Below, piece by piece: positions 47,840-56,925 of a stretch of 64,000 nt of DNA (positions are counted from its first letter, which is position 1; every line of letters begins with the position of its first letter). The stretch is taken from assembly GCA_903907995.1 (NCBI GenBank), contig CAIVQH010000046.1:212396-276395 (forward strand), given 5' to 3'. Origin of the DNA: an uncultured Verrucomicrobiota bacterium (lineage in GTDB: Bacteria; Verrucomicrobiota; Verrucomicrobiia; Limisphaerales; UBA9464). The notes beneath the pieces were generated by a model that was given only the letters and a program-made list of their open reading frames with translations, searched no databases and was not told the DNA's origin. The translations under genes were made by a program, and so were the position numbers.

Positions 47840-49096
47840 TCACTCCGCCGGCCCCGCCGGATCGGGGATCGAAGGATCGCCGCGCTTGAGGCCGATGTTC
47901 TGCTCGTAGCTGCCCAGCTTGATCGTCCGCGGCTGGGATTTGGCCTTGGCATCGAGCCCCAGCAGGCCCATGCGCGACCGCGCCTGGTCCGCCCAGTGGC
48001 TGCCGGGATATTTCTGGAGGATGCGCTCCAGGGTGAGCCGCGCCGCCGCCGCGCCCGCCGGTGAATTGAGCTGCACGTCCGCGAGGTCGTTCAGCCAGTT
48101 CACGATCTGACGCGTGGGGGCGCTGGGCTGGCTGATGAGCCGCTCAAACTGGTCCGCCGCCAGGTCCGGACGCTTCCAATGGTCCAGATACAGGCGCGCC
48201 AGTTTTTCCCGGGCTTCCCAGTCGTCGGGGAACTGTTCGAGGTGGGCCAGCAGCCGGTTTGACTCCGCTCCCTGTACCGCGTCGTCCGCCGGCGGCTGGT
48301 CGGCGCCCAGATCTCCGCTCAGGCCGAGCTTTTCCTCATGGTGCGTGACCACGAGTTTGGCCCGCTCCGTCCTTTGGGCGAGCTGTTCCGCTCCCGGCAG
48401 ATGCGCGAGCTGCTGCCGGGCGGTCAGCGCCGCCTCGGTGTTGGGGAATTCCGTCGCGAGCCGCTCATAGGTGGCGCGGGCGGCGGCAAGGTCGCTGAGC
48501 CGGTTGAGCTGCAACGAAGCCAGCCGGCTCAGGGCGAGGGAGACTTCACCGCCCGGCCGGCCGGGCGTGTTGATCAGTTCGGTGAGCACGGCGACGGCGG
48601 TGGAGTAATCCTTCAGGTCATCGGTGTGAATCTCGGCCAGCAGCATCAGCCCTTCGATATTTCCGGGGAAGATCACCAGCTGACGTTGCACTTCGGCGAC
48701 GGCACCGGCGTAGTCGCCCCGCTTCCGCAGGGCGATTGCCCGCGAGTAAAAGGGCCGCCGCTCCACCTGCTCATTGCCGCCAGTCAAAGAACTGAGAAAC
48801 GGCGTCAGCAGGAAGGAGCCGAAGTGAGGCAGCCAAAGAATGCCCAGGGGCACGCCGACGACCAGGGTGACCACGACGGCAAGCCAACCGCCGCCCTCTT
48901 CGGCGTGGCGCCGTGCCCAGATGAACACGAAGCCGATGAGCCCCAGCGCACCGAGGGAAAACAGCCCCTTGCCCGGCAGGGACATCATGTCCTCCGAGCT
49001 GCTCGTCTTGCCGATCCGGTGGCAGAAGATCCCCAGCAGCACCAGCAGGATGGCTCCGCCGAGAAACCCGGCTAAAATGGAAAGGGCATGCGGCAT
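47840..49096 (-). CDS. membrane-anchored TPR-repeat protein
   Basis: ATG at 49096; four N-terminal TM helices, then TPR-like repeats (RAIALRKRGDYAGAVAEVQRQL..., EGLMLLAEIHTDDLKDYSTAVAVL...). Confidence 0.55.
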   Translation of the reverse strand: MPHALSILAGFLGGAILLVLLGIFCHRIGKTSSSEDMMSLPGKGLFSLGALGLIGFVFIWARRHAEEGGGWLAVVVTLVVGVPLGILWLPHFGSFLLTPFLSSLTGGNEQVERRPFYSRAIALRKRGDYAGAVAEVQRQLVIFPGNIEGLMLLAEIHTDDLKDYSTAVAVLTELINTPGRPGGEVSLALSRLASLQLNRLSDLAAARATYERLATEFPNTEAALTARQQLAHLPGAEQLAQRTERAKLVVTHHEEKLGLSGDLGADQPPADDAVQGAESNRLLAHLEQFPDDWEAREKLARLYLDHWKRPDLAADQFERLISQPSAPTRQIVNWLNDLADVQLNSPAGAAAARLTLERILQKYPGSHWADQARSRMGLLGLDAKAKSQPRTIKLGSYEQNIGLKRGDPSIPDPAGPAE

Positions 49097-49383
49097 GGTC
49101 TTTTGCTGAATCTGACCGGAACCAAGCACACTCGGCACGGTCAGTCTATGACGATTTCCCGGGAGCGTCGAAAAATAGGCCGGAAGCCAGCCCATCGACA
49201 CCGAGTTTGCCACCGCCTCGCGGTGTCCGGTGGCGCACGGATCGGTCGTTACGCCTAAAAGCCGACACGATGCGATAGGAGTTTGGGCTTATAGCCATCC
49301 GCAGGTTGGCGAATTCCGAACAGGGAGGGTAACATGCGCCACTTTTGCCCATACCTTGCGCCTCCTGAAGGGTGCAAACGCAA

Positions 49384-49424
49384 AAGCCCGCCCGGCGCGA
49401 TGACCGGACGGGCTTTGCGTGAAA
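49384..49424 (-). terminator. candidate terminator hairpin downstream of asd
   Basis: aaagcccgcccgg...ccggacgggcttt inverted repeat, 30 bp past the asd stop; T-run is weak. Confidence 0.35.
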
Positions 49425-49454
49425 TAGGACGCTGTGTCGAGGGCAGTTACGCAG

Positions 49455-50459
49455 TTACTTCAGCAATTCCTCGGCAATCTGCACGGCGTTGAGCGCGGCG
49501 CCCTTGAGGAGCTGGTCGCCGGAGACCCAGAAGCACAGGCCGTTGTCCAAAGCGCAGTCGAGCCGTAGGCGACCCACGGCGCAGTTGTAGCGGCCGGAAA
49601 GGTCGAGCGGCATCGGGTAGGCCTTGTTGGCGGGATCATCCACCACGTCAAGCCCGGGGGCCTTGGCCAGCACGGCGCGGGCGGCCTCGACCGTGACGGG
49701 CTTTTCAAATTCGGCGCTTACCGCCACGGAATGGGCCCGGAACACGGAGACGCGCACGCACGTCACCGAGGCGCGCAGGCCCGGGTGATGCATGATCTTG
49801 CGGCCCTCGTTCTCCATCTTCATCTCCTCCTTGGTGTAGCCCGTTGGCAGGAACGAATCCACCTGCGGGATCACGTTGAAGGCGATCTGGTGCGGATAGA
49901 CCTCCTTGGTGATCGGCTGGCCGGCAGAGAACTGCCGCACCTGCTGGTCGAGTTCCTCCACGGCCTTGGCCCCGGTGCCGGATACGGCCTGGTAGCTGGA
50001 GGCGATGACGCGCTTCACGCCGAAAGCCTGGTGCAGCGGATACAGCGCCATGAGCGTGATGATCGTGGTGCAGTTCGGGTTGGCGATGATGCCCTTGTGG
50101 AGCTTCACGTCGCCCGGATTGATTTCGGGCACCACGAGCGGCACATCCGGGTCCATGCGGAAGGCGGAGGAATTGTCCACGACCACGCAGCCGGCGGCGG
50201 CGGCGATGGGGCCGAACTCCTTGGAAATGCTCCCCCCCGCGCTGAACAGGGCGATGTCGATGCCCTTGAACGAGTCTTTGGTCAGCTCGGTGACGGTGTG
50301 CTCGACGCCCTTGAACTTGAGTTTTTTGCCCACGGAACGGGCGGAGGCGAGCAGCGTGAGCTTCCCGACCGGGAAGTTCCGCTTCTCGAGCGTTTCAATC
50401 ATTTCCACGCCGACGGCGCCTGTGGCGCCGACAACGGCCACGTGCGGAGTGCGATTCAT
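49455..50459 (-). CDS. asd: aspartate-semialdehyde dehydrogenase
   Basis: VAVVGATGAVG (NAD(P) fold), ...NPNCTTI (active-site Cys), ...SSYQAVSGTGAKAVEEL. Confidence 0.9.
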   Translation of the reverse strand: MNRTPHVAVVGATGAVGVEMIETLEKRNFPVGKLTLLASARSVGKKLKFKGVEHTVTELTKDSFKGIDIALFSAGGSISKEFGPIAAAAGCVVVDNSSAFRMDPDVPLVVPEINPGDVKLHKGIIANPNCTTIITLMALYPLHQAFGVKRVIASSYQAVSGTGAKAVEELDQQVRQFSAGQPITKEVYPHQIAFNVIPQVDSFLPTGYTKEEMKMENEGRKIMHHPGLRASVTCVRVSVFRAHSVAVSAEFEKPVTVEAARAVLAKAPGLDVVDDPANKAYPMPLDLSGRYNCAVGRLRLDCALDNGLCFWVSGDQLLKGAALNAVQIAEELLK

Positions 50460-50735
50460 AAGGGAGGCGGAGACTAGGAATCGCCGGCCGACTGTCGAGG
50501 GGAAGTTTTCGGGAATTTGGGGGCGCCTGTTGCCTCAAAAGTAATGACACCGGGGGGAGGCGGCAGGGGGAGGCAGGATAAGGACGTTGACTCAAAAAGG
50601 ATGGCACCGGCTACGGAAAGGCATGTCGATGAGCCGAAAGGTAGCCGAGGAACTGTTGCCGCGACTGCGGCAGCGGTACGTGGAACGCGGGCCGTGCTCC
50701 CTGCCCATGAACCTTCCATACATCTCAGGGGCCGC

Positions 50736-50962
50736 AGCGCTGAAAGCGCGTGTGAGTAATGCCTGGGGTAGAGCGAACACCGTGAGCGGAGCCCCAGGGA
50801 GAAGCTCCTTTGGACTGGTCTGAGGGCTGAAGGCCTGACTCAAGTGCCCCACCGCTCTCGGACGCGCTTACAGCGCTCGACCCTTTTGGCTCAGTTAATC
50901 TGGGGCTGCGCTCGCGCGGCTCGCTCCACCCTAGGCATTACTCGAACAGGCTTTCAGCCCTA
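50736..50962. mobile_element. MITE: transposase-less copy of both ends of the IS200/IS605-like element at 16944-17612
   Basis: Left part (agcgctgaaagcgcgt...taatgcctggggtagagcg...ccccaggg...gagggctgaaggcc) matches 16944-17031. Right part (ctcggacg...ttaatctggggctg...cgctcgc..gctcgctccaccctaggcattactcg..ggctttcagccc) matches 17507-17612. ~470-bp tnpA segment absent. Confidence 0.55.
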
Positions 50963-51106
50963 CCGATGGGACGACAAAGCGTGTGGCGATGTCGCTGAAT
51001 AAAAACCCATTCGAGCAGGCCAGCATCGCCAATCCTGCAGCCTCCACGAAGGCAAGCCCGAGGATGGCCAGGTGTGGAGTTCGATTCATGACCGGCAGGG
51101 AACGCT

Positions 51107-51328
51107 TCAGGATTTTCTTCCTGATACCAGGGCGACAATTACCGCCACGACGGTCAGCACGCCGAGCGCGATCCCGGCGAAACGGAACAATCGGGAGTGG
51201 CGCTGGAGAAACTGACCCACCCGCTCCGCGGCATCCGAATCGGAGGAGGCAGAGTGCGAGGATGAACCCGGCTCATCATCATTATCGTCCGGCGGACGCT
51301 TCATGTAGTCTCGGTCTTGGATACCCAT
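51107..51328 (-). CDS. small protein with C-terminal TM helix (hypothetical)
   Basis: 73 aa; acidic/Ser-rich N-terminus, C-terminal FAGIALGVLTVVAVIVALV. Confidence 0.25.
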   Translation of the reverse strand: MGIQDRDYMKRPPDDNDDEPGSSSHSASSDSDAAERVGQFLQRHSRLFRFAGIALGVLTVVAVIVALVSGRKS

Positions 51329-51382
51329 AAAGAAATGCCATTCGTTCTAACGCGGATTGAAACCTGATACCTGCCACCCGAC

Positions 51383-51604
51383 TCAGCGCGAGCCCCAGCC
51401 TTGGCGTATGAGCCAGAAAATGGTCAGCGCAAGGGCCACCCCAATGATCAGGGCGCCAACCAGCCAGAGATCCTGCTGGCGCTGCCTCCGGGTCTTAGGT
51501 TTCTCCGGTCGCTTCGGGCGGGCCACCTGGACCGCCCCCGTCACGAGGTCGGCCACGGCAGAGACGATGACGATCAGCAGGTTCATGTGCGGCGGACTAC
51601 CCAT
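51383..51604 (-). CDS. small two-TM membrane protein (hypothetical)
   Basis: 73 aa; two hydrophobic helices separated by a Lys/Arg-rich loop. Confidence 0.3.
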   Translation of the reverse strand: MGSPPHMNLLIVIVSAVADLVTGAVQVARPKRPEKPKTRRQRQQDLWLVGALIIGVALALTIFWLIRQGWGSR

Positions 51605-51793
51605 GCCTACAGGTCCAGAGTGATGCGCAGGCCATGGTTGGCAGCTGTCATATGGTTTGCCCTAAACGCACCCTGACATGAACCGAGCCCTGGTGCCATG
51701 AGCTAGGTGGGTATTTTGACCGGCTGGTATTCGAGCAGTTTAAAGGCTGACCGGAAAATATCTGTCCGACATGATCCCCGCAACCAAGCCGCC

Positions 51794-53428
51794 ATGAAAA
51801 TCACTCGCCGCGATTTTTGTCAGCTCACCACCCTCGGTGCGGCCGCCCTGGCCACGCCGGGCTGCTCCACCGCCACTCCTGACCACTCGGTGGCCGCTTC
51901 GGCCGAAGGCCTTCATCCCTTTGCGCTGGAGGAGGCCACCATTTCCGGGCTGCAGCAGCGCCTGGCCTCCGGCGAGCTCACGGCCGTGTCGCTCACGAAG
52001 CAGTATCTGGCCCGCATCGCGGAACTCGACCAACGGGGGTCGACGCTCCGGAGCGTGATCGAGCTGAACCCGGATGCGCTCGCCATCGCTGCGGCCCTGG
52101 ATCAGGAGCGCCAAGCCAAGGGGCCGCGCGGGCCGCTGCACGGCATTCCCATTCTCATCAAGGACAACATCGCGACCCATGACCGCATGACCACGACCGC
52201 CGGGTCGTTGGCCATGGTCGGCTGCCTCGCCCCGCGCGACGCCTTTCTGGTGGAGCGGTTGCGCGCGGCCGGGGCGGTCATCCTCGGCAAGGCCAACCTC
52301 AGCGAATGGGCCGGCCTCATGGGCGATCCGCACACGACCGGCTTCAGCGGACGTGGCGGGCAGGCCCGCAATCCTTACGTGCTCGACCGCAACACCTCCG
52401 GCTCCAGCGCCGGTTCGGCGGTGGCCGTGGCCGCCAATCTCTGCGCCGTCGCCGTCGGCACGGAAACGAACGGCTCGATCCTTTCGCCCTCGCGCTTCAA
52501 TGGCATCGTGGGCCTGAAGCCGACGGTCGGCCTCGTCAGCCGTTCCGGCGTCGTCCCGATCTCGCGCACGCAGGATACCGCCGGTCCCATGGCGCGAACA
52601 GTGACCGATGCGGCCATCCTGCTCGGCGCGCTGGCGGGTGAAGACCCGCGTGACCCGGCGACCGCGGCCAGCACCGGGCGGGCGCCGCGCGACTACACGA
52701 AATTCCTCGACGCCGACGGACTGCGCGGCGCGCGCATCGGGGTGGCCCGCGCCACCTTCAATGGCCACCCGGGAGTGGCGCCGCTGATGGACCGGCTCGT
52801 GGCCGAGTTGAAGGCCCGGGGTGCCGTGCTCATCGATCCCCTCGAACTGCCGCCCGACTCCGCCTACGAAACTGCCGAGTGGGACGTGTTGATGTATGAG
52901 TTCAAGGCCGGCCTCAACGAATACCTCGCCGCCCTCGGTCCTGCGGCGCCGGTCCACACGCTCCGGGAGGTCATCGCCTTCAACGCGCGCCACCAGCCGC
53001 CGGAGACGCCCTGGATGAACCAGACCAATCTGCGGCTTGCCGAGACCAAGGGGCCGCTTACGGATCAGGCGTATCTCGACGCCCTCGCCAAGTGCCGGCG
53101 GCTCACCCGCGACGAGGGCCTCGACGCCCTGATGGACCGGCACCAGCTCGACGCGGTCTTCGCCTCGGGAGGTGGGCCAGCGGGCGCGCTGGACTACGTC
53201 CATGGGGATCGCGATACGGGGGGCGGGGGCATCAGCCTCGCGGCGGTGGCCGGTTATCCGAGCATCGCAGTGCCGGCGGGCTTTATTCTGGGCCTGCCGG
53301 TGAGCGTCTTCTTTTTGGGCCGCGCCTGGAGCGAGCCGACGCTGCTGCGCCTGGCCTACGCCTTCGAGCAGGCCACCAAAGCCCGTCGCCCACCCCGGTT
53401 CAGGCCCGGCATTACCGCTGGGCCATGA
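51794..53428 (+). CDS. amidase-signature (AS) family amidase with Tat signal peptide
   Basis: ATG at 51794: MKITRRDFCQLTTLGAAALATPGCS (twin-arginine signal); GIPILIKDNI, GGSSAGSAVAVAANLCAVAVGTETNGSI (Ser-cisSer-Lys signature). Confidence 0.85.
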   Translation: MKITRRDFCQLTTLGAAALATPGCSTATPDHSVAASAEGLHPFALEEATISGLQQRLASGELTAVSLTKQYLARIAELDQRGSTLRSVIELNPDALAIAAALDQERQAKGPRGPLHGIPILIKDNIATHDRMTTTAGSLAMVGCLAPRDAFLVERLRAAGAVILGKANLSEWAGLMGDPHTTGFSGRGGQARNPYVLDRNTSGSSAGSAVAVAANLCAVAVGTETNGSILSPSRFNGIVGLKPTVGLVSRSGVVPISRTQDTAGPMARTVTDAAILLGALAGEDPRDPATAASTGRAPRDYTKFLDADGLRGARIGVARATFNGHPGVAPLMDRLVAELKARGAVLIDPLELPPDSAYETAEWDVLMYEFKAGLNEYLAALGPAAPVHTLREVIAFNARHQPPETPWMNQTNLRLAETKGPLTDQAYLDALAKCRRLTRDEGLDALMDRHQLDAVFASGGGPAGALDYVHGDRDTGGGGISLAAVAGYPSIAVPAGFILGLPVSVFFLGRAWSEPTLLRLAYAFEQATKARRPPRFRPGITAGP

Positions 53429-53629
53429 CGTTCTTACCGCAGTAGGTCAGGCTACCAGCCTGACATGTAGGACGGGCTGGCAGCCCGCCTTAGGTAAAGC
53501 ACTCCGCCTGGCGACGCGCCAGCCCAGCCTTTCTCTGCTTCAAACTGGTCCACCGCCGGAGAACTTGACGATGCTGTCTTCTCCGCACTCCCCGTGAGGG
53601 CATTTCCTGCCCTAAGGCGGAACTTTTTA

Positions 53630-53884
53630 CCGGTCACGGTTGGGGTTCCAGATGACGTCCTGGTTGAACTTTTCCTCCAGGGTCGCATTGCTGTTCGTGA
53701 CGTAGGCGCGTGTGTAGAAGCGGGCGTGGCCATCCATGAACATGAGGTTGCCGCCCGCGCGCGACCCGCTGCCGTGGCGCGCGGCGAAACGCTGGCTCCG
53801 CGCGGCCGGGAGAGCGCCATTGGATTCGGCCTGGAAAGGCAGTGGAGCGACGACGCAGAGCCTGCTCTTTTTGGACGCTAAAAG
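53630..53884 (-). pseudogene. 3' remnant of a DUF1559/H-X9-DG prepilin-like gene (no start, N-terminal part missing)
   Basis: Hand translation of the minus frame ending at TAA 53627-29: ...PLPFQAESNGALPAARSQRFAARHGSGSRAGGNLMFMDGHARFYTRAYVTNSNATLEEKFNQDVIWNPNRDR*. Matches the C-terminal GG.N..F.DGH motif of the two intact DUF1559 proteins in this window. Upstream in-frame stop at 53885-87; no Met and no prepilin N-terminus. Confidence 0.5.
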
Positions 53885-53961
53885 TCAATTCCAAACCGGG
53901 CAGTGGTGGCCTTCAGAACGCATTTTTTCATCGTGGTCTGCGTTGGGCTCCGGGTGCGTGG

Positions 53962-54033
53962 TGGGGCGAGCGTCCCCGCGAGCCGGGCTGCCCCAGACCG
54001 AGGCAGCCGTGGCTCGCGAGGACGCTCGCCCCA
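53962..54033. repeat. 23-bp GC-rich inverted repeat (1 mismatch) with nested palindrome in the spacer
   Basis: tggggcgagcgtccccgcgagcc ... gggctgccccagaccgaggcagccgt ... ggctcgcgaggacgctcgcccca. Confidence 0.6.
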
Positions 54034-54172
54034 AAGGGTTTTCTCTCGGCCGCCAGCACCAGATCTCACCGGGACAGAACAGGTTTGTCGGAAGAGCCAA
54101 CCATGGTAAAAAGATGCGCCCCGGTCTCGAAAGCACCGCTATTTTTCGCCGTAGCGCATGACAATCAGCGAA

Positions 54173-54751
54173 TTAGGGCACCAGCCAATCCCCTGCCCAC
54201 CTTTCGCCAGCCCAACGAAGCCGGGCGCGCCGGTGCCCAGCCGGGTCCAACCAGAGCCAGTCCAGCTCATGGACGGTGGCGACGACCACGGCGAAGTGGG
54301 AAGGCACGTCAGAATTATCCGGATGCCGGTCCGAATCCGGCCGGCTTAGAACCGTACCGGGAGGTTCTGTTCCCAGGTAATTGGTCCGGTTCGGCGGCGG
54401 TACGGCCGTCCAGGCCGCGCGTGCCACCTCGTCGTCCTGATGAATCTGTACCTCCGAGACCGCCCGCAGCTGCAACCCATTGGATGGATCGTGGAACAGC
54501 CATTGTGCCCGGGAATCGCGCCGCAGTTCATCCACCTTGGGTGAACGCGAATCCGTCCAAGCCACCAACCGGCGGGCGGAAGGCGTCACCTCCCGCAGCA
54601 CTATAGTACGGGCTTGCGGTCCTGCCTCGCCAATGGTTGCCAAGGCGGGCAGGCGCCACGGCTCACCCGGGTGCTGGCTGGCCCAGGTCAGGCCGGCCCA
54701 GATTTCGTCGCCCAGACCGGCCAGCGAATCGGTGCGCCAGTTCCGTTGCAT
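54173..54751 (-). CDS. pyridoxamine 5'-phosphate oxidase-like FMN-binding split-barrel protein
   Basis: ...GPQARTIVLREVTPSARRLVAWTDSRSPKVDELRRDSRAQWLFHDP...RAVSEVQIHQDDEVARAAWTAVPPPNR... is the typical PNPOx-like pattern. Confidence 0.6.
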   Translation of the reverse strand: MQRNWRTDSLAGLGDEIWAGLTWASQHPGEPWRLPALATIGEAGPQARTIVLREVTPSARRLVAWTDSRSPKVDELRRDSRAQWLFHDPSNGLQLRAVSEVQIHQDDEVARAAWTAVPPPNRTNYLGTEPPGTVLSRPDSDRHPDNSDVPSHFAVVVATVHELDWLWLDPAGHRRARLRWAGERWAGDWLVP

Positions 54752-54755
54752 CCGC

Positions 54756-55727
54756 TCAGTGCGCGAGGATCTGTTTCACCTGCTCGAGCGGGTTCGCGCC
54801 TTCGCGGTGGTAGAGCGTGTAGGTGTTGGTCGCACTGATGCGATCACCGACATTGAGCGTGTGGAGCGGCCCGAGCGTTTCCAGTTCCACGTAGGGTACC
54901 GGGTCGCCATTGGTGTAGATCTCCGTGCTGCAACCGCCATCCGGATATTTCCCCTCCGCCTCGCGCGCGATGTCGATGCGCAGCACCTCGTGCGCGCCGA
55001 CCCAGACAATGCTCGACGCGTCGTTGCCGATCTTGTGCGAGTCCTTCAGATCCCGCCCCAACCGCACGATGCCGTCCTTCAATTCGGACTGATCTTTCGG
55101 CAGGCCGCCCCATTCCTTGGACGAACCTTCGGGGAACTTCGTGTCTTTCGGCACCGGCAGATACACCCCCACCGGGTCTTTCGCCTGCGTGATGATCCAC
55201 ACGCCGGTTTCCGTGGGCGGGCCACTGACCTTCTCGTAGGTGGTGACGATCTGCAATTTGGGAGCGTCCGGCGAAAGTGTGAGCCGGCGCTCGGTGCGAA
55301 TGCCGAAGCGGGCGCTCACGGGCGAGGTCAGCACTACGGTCTGGTCCGCCTCGACCTGGAAGGCTAGCGGCGCGGCGTCGAAAACATCGGGCGGCGGCCA
55401 GTTCCACTGGCTTTGCGGGGCCGGCCAGGTCTTGTCGCCGCCAAAGCTGCCGTGCGCCGCTTCCCAGGGTTTCTCAGGCATCGGCTTTCCGATCAGTTGC
55501 GGATTTTCCCAGATGGGGCCGTCAACGGCGGTGGCGAAACGGAACTGCATCAGACGTCCGACGGAAGGCACGACCACCGCCTCGACGTGGCCGTTGTTGA
55601 GCACGACGGCATCGGTCCAGCCCCGATGATTCCGGGCGGTTTTTACGGTGACTTTGCCGGCGGCACTGGCGGACAGCACCAGGCAGGCGGCAGCCGTGAC
55701 GCTCACGGCGAGACGAAGCGAGGACAT
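54756..55727 (-). CDS. secreted hypothetical protein (beta-rich)
   Basis: ATG at 55727: MSSLRLAVSVTAAACLVLSASAAG signal; no recognised catalytic motif. Confidence 0.5.
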   Translation of the reverse strand: MSSLRLAVSVTAAACLVLSASAAGKVTVKTARNHRGWTDAVVLNNGHVEAVVVPSVGRLMQFRFATAVDGPIWENPQLIGKPMPEKPWEAAHGSFGGDKTWPAPQSQWNWPPPDVFDAAPLAFQVEADQTVVLTSPVSARFGIRTERRLTLSPDAPKLQIVTTYEKVSGPPTETGVWIITQAKDPVGVYLPVPKDTKFPEGSSKEWGGLPKDQSELKDGIVRLGRDLKDSHKIGNDASSIVWVGAHEVLRIDIAREAEGKYPDGGCSTEIYTNGDPVPYVELETLGPLHTLNVGDRISATNTYTLYHREGANPLEQVKQILAH

Positions 55728-55924
55728 GCGCGCAGCGTCGGAGCGAAAGGCCCCGCCTTCAAGCCCGGAACGCAGCACCCCGGCAGCTGACTTTGACGAT
55801 GACGCAGAAGCGACGAAAACTTTGGTGGGCTAGAAAGTATCCGCTCGGTCGTATCTGCCATTCACCCGAGAAGAGACAGTCACCGGTCCTTGACGCTGCC
55901 AGCCCCACCCCGAAACTTGGCGAC

Positions 55925-56431
55925 ATGCCGATCTATGAATTCGCCTGTCCGCGCTGCCGGCGCATCTACAGCTTCCTCTCGAAGCGAGTGAATCCCGGCC
56001 ACACGCCCACGTGCCCGAAGTGCGGCGAAAAGAAGCTGACCAAGGAGATCAGCGGCTTTGCGATGATCCGGGGTGCGGCCGAACCCGCCGCTCCCTCCGG
56101 TGACGATGGTGGCCAGCCACCCATGCCCGACCTCGACGACCCGCGCGTCGAGCGGGTCATGTCGGAGATGGAGCGGGACATGGATCACCTCGACGAAAAC
56201 AACCCGAAGCACATGGCCCACATGCTCCGCAAGATGAAGGACATCATGCCCGAAGGCACCATGCCCAAGGAGATGGAGGTCGCCATCAAACGCCTCGAAG
56301 CCGGCGAGGACCCGGACAAGATCGAGGCCGACATGGGCGATGTACTGGGCGACATGATGGGTGGGGAAGGCGGTCCGGGGGCCGGAGGCGGAGGTGGCTA
56401 TTCCAAGGACAGCGGCCTTTACGATTACTGA
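55925..56431 (+). CDS. FmdB-family zinc-ribbon protein with acidic/Gly-rich C-terminal tail
   Basis: ATG at 55925: MPIYEFACPRCRRIYSFL...TPTCPKCGEKKLTKEISGF (CxxC...CxxC FmdB ribbon), then a Met/Asp/Glu-rich helix and a GGEGGPGAGGGGGY tail. Confidence 0.65.
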   Translation: MPIYEFACPRCRRIYSFLSKRVNPGHTPTCPKCGEKKLTKEISGFAMIRGAAEPAAPSGDDGGQPPMPDLDDPRVERVMSEMERDMDHLDENNPKHMAHMLRKMKDIMPEGTMPKEMEVAIKRLEAGEDPDKIEADMGDVLGDMMGGEGGPGAGGGGGYSKDSGLYDY

Positions 56432-56450
56432 ATGCACCTATGCCAATTTT

Positions 56451-56609
56451 TGAACGTCCAACGTCCAACGTTGAACGTTCAGGGCCCGGTATCCCGGTTC
56501 AGTAACATTCGTGCGAAGGGGTCCTATTCTGTTCTAATTCCGAAGGCGCGTGCCGATGGACTTTCCGCTCTTTGAACGTTGAGCGTTCAACGTTGGACGT
56601 TGGACGTTG
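56451..56609. repeat. two inverted heptanucleotide tandem arrays, (aacgtcc)n / (ggacgtt)n, flanking a 90-bp GC-rich core
   Basis: Left array tgaacgtccaacgtccaacgttgaacgttca (56451-81); right array gaacgttgagcgttcaacgttggacgttggacgttg (56574-56609) is its reverse complement. Confidence 0.65.
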
Positions 56610-56752
56610 CCGAGGCGCAGTCAGCCGCGTTCCTGCAAAGATGCCTGCCTGCCTAAAGGCATCCCTGTTCCGGTTTTCCTGATTTCCAAATTGGATCACT
56701 CCCAAAAAACAGTTTGCCGCCCGGCGTCACCTGTCTAGCTTCCGCGCGCCAT

Positions 56753-56826
56753 TGGCCGATGGTGTAATGGCAGCACAGGCGACTTTGACTCGCCTAGCCA
56801 TGGTTCGAATCCATGTCGGCCAACCA
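56753..56826 (+). tRNA. tRNA-Gln (anticodon UUG), CCA encoded
   Basis: Manual fold: acceptor tggccga/tcggcca (U1-A72), D-stem gtgt/gcac, anticodon stem ggcga/tcgcc with loop ctTTGac, T-stem catgg/ccatg with loop ttcgaat, discriminator A, CCA. Confidence 0.8.
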
Positions 56827-56925
56827 TGCTTCCGTCGTCGTCGCCGGAGCGGTTTTCAAACTTCACCCAAATGTCGCGGGGAAAGTTTGACCTGCCCCTG
56901 CCCGGCTGGAAAGTTAACGGCTTAC

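Noticed and set aside
50587-50823. 78-aa + ORF upstream of the MITE
   Set aside because: No recognisable features and it runs into the MITE hairpins. Possibly a leader peptide, but evidence is insufficient.
51740-53203. 487-aa minus ORF
   Set aside because: Antisense to the amidase gene, which has the Tat signal and the GGSSAGS amidase signature.
56440-56610. Possible CRISPR array (short direct repeats)
   Set aside because: Units are 7 bp in tandem with no spacers; this is far too short for CRISPR repeats. No cas genes are present in the window.
56499-56705. 68-aa minus ORF
   Set aside because: Lies entirely inside the inverted heptamer-array element and the AT-arm repeat; composition is non-protein-like.
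56714-56741. Sigma-70-like promoter (TTGCCG-16-TAGCTT) upstream of tRNA-Gln
   Set aside because: The -10 hexamer is a poor match, and promoter consensus for this lineage is unknown; not reported as a feature.
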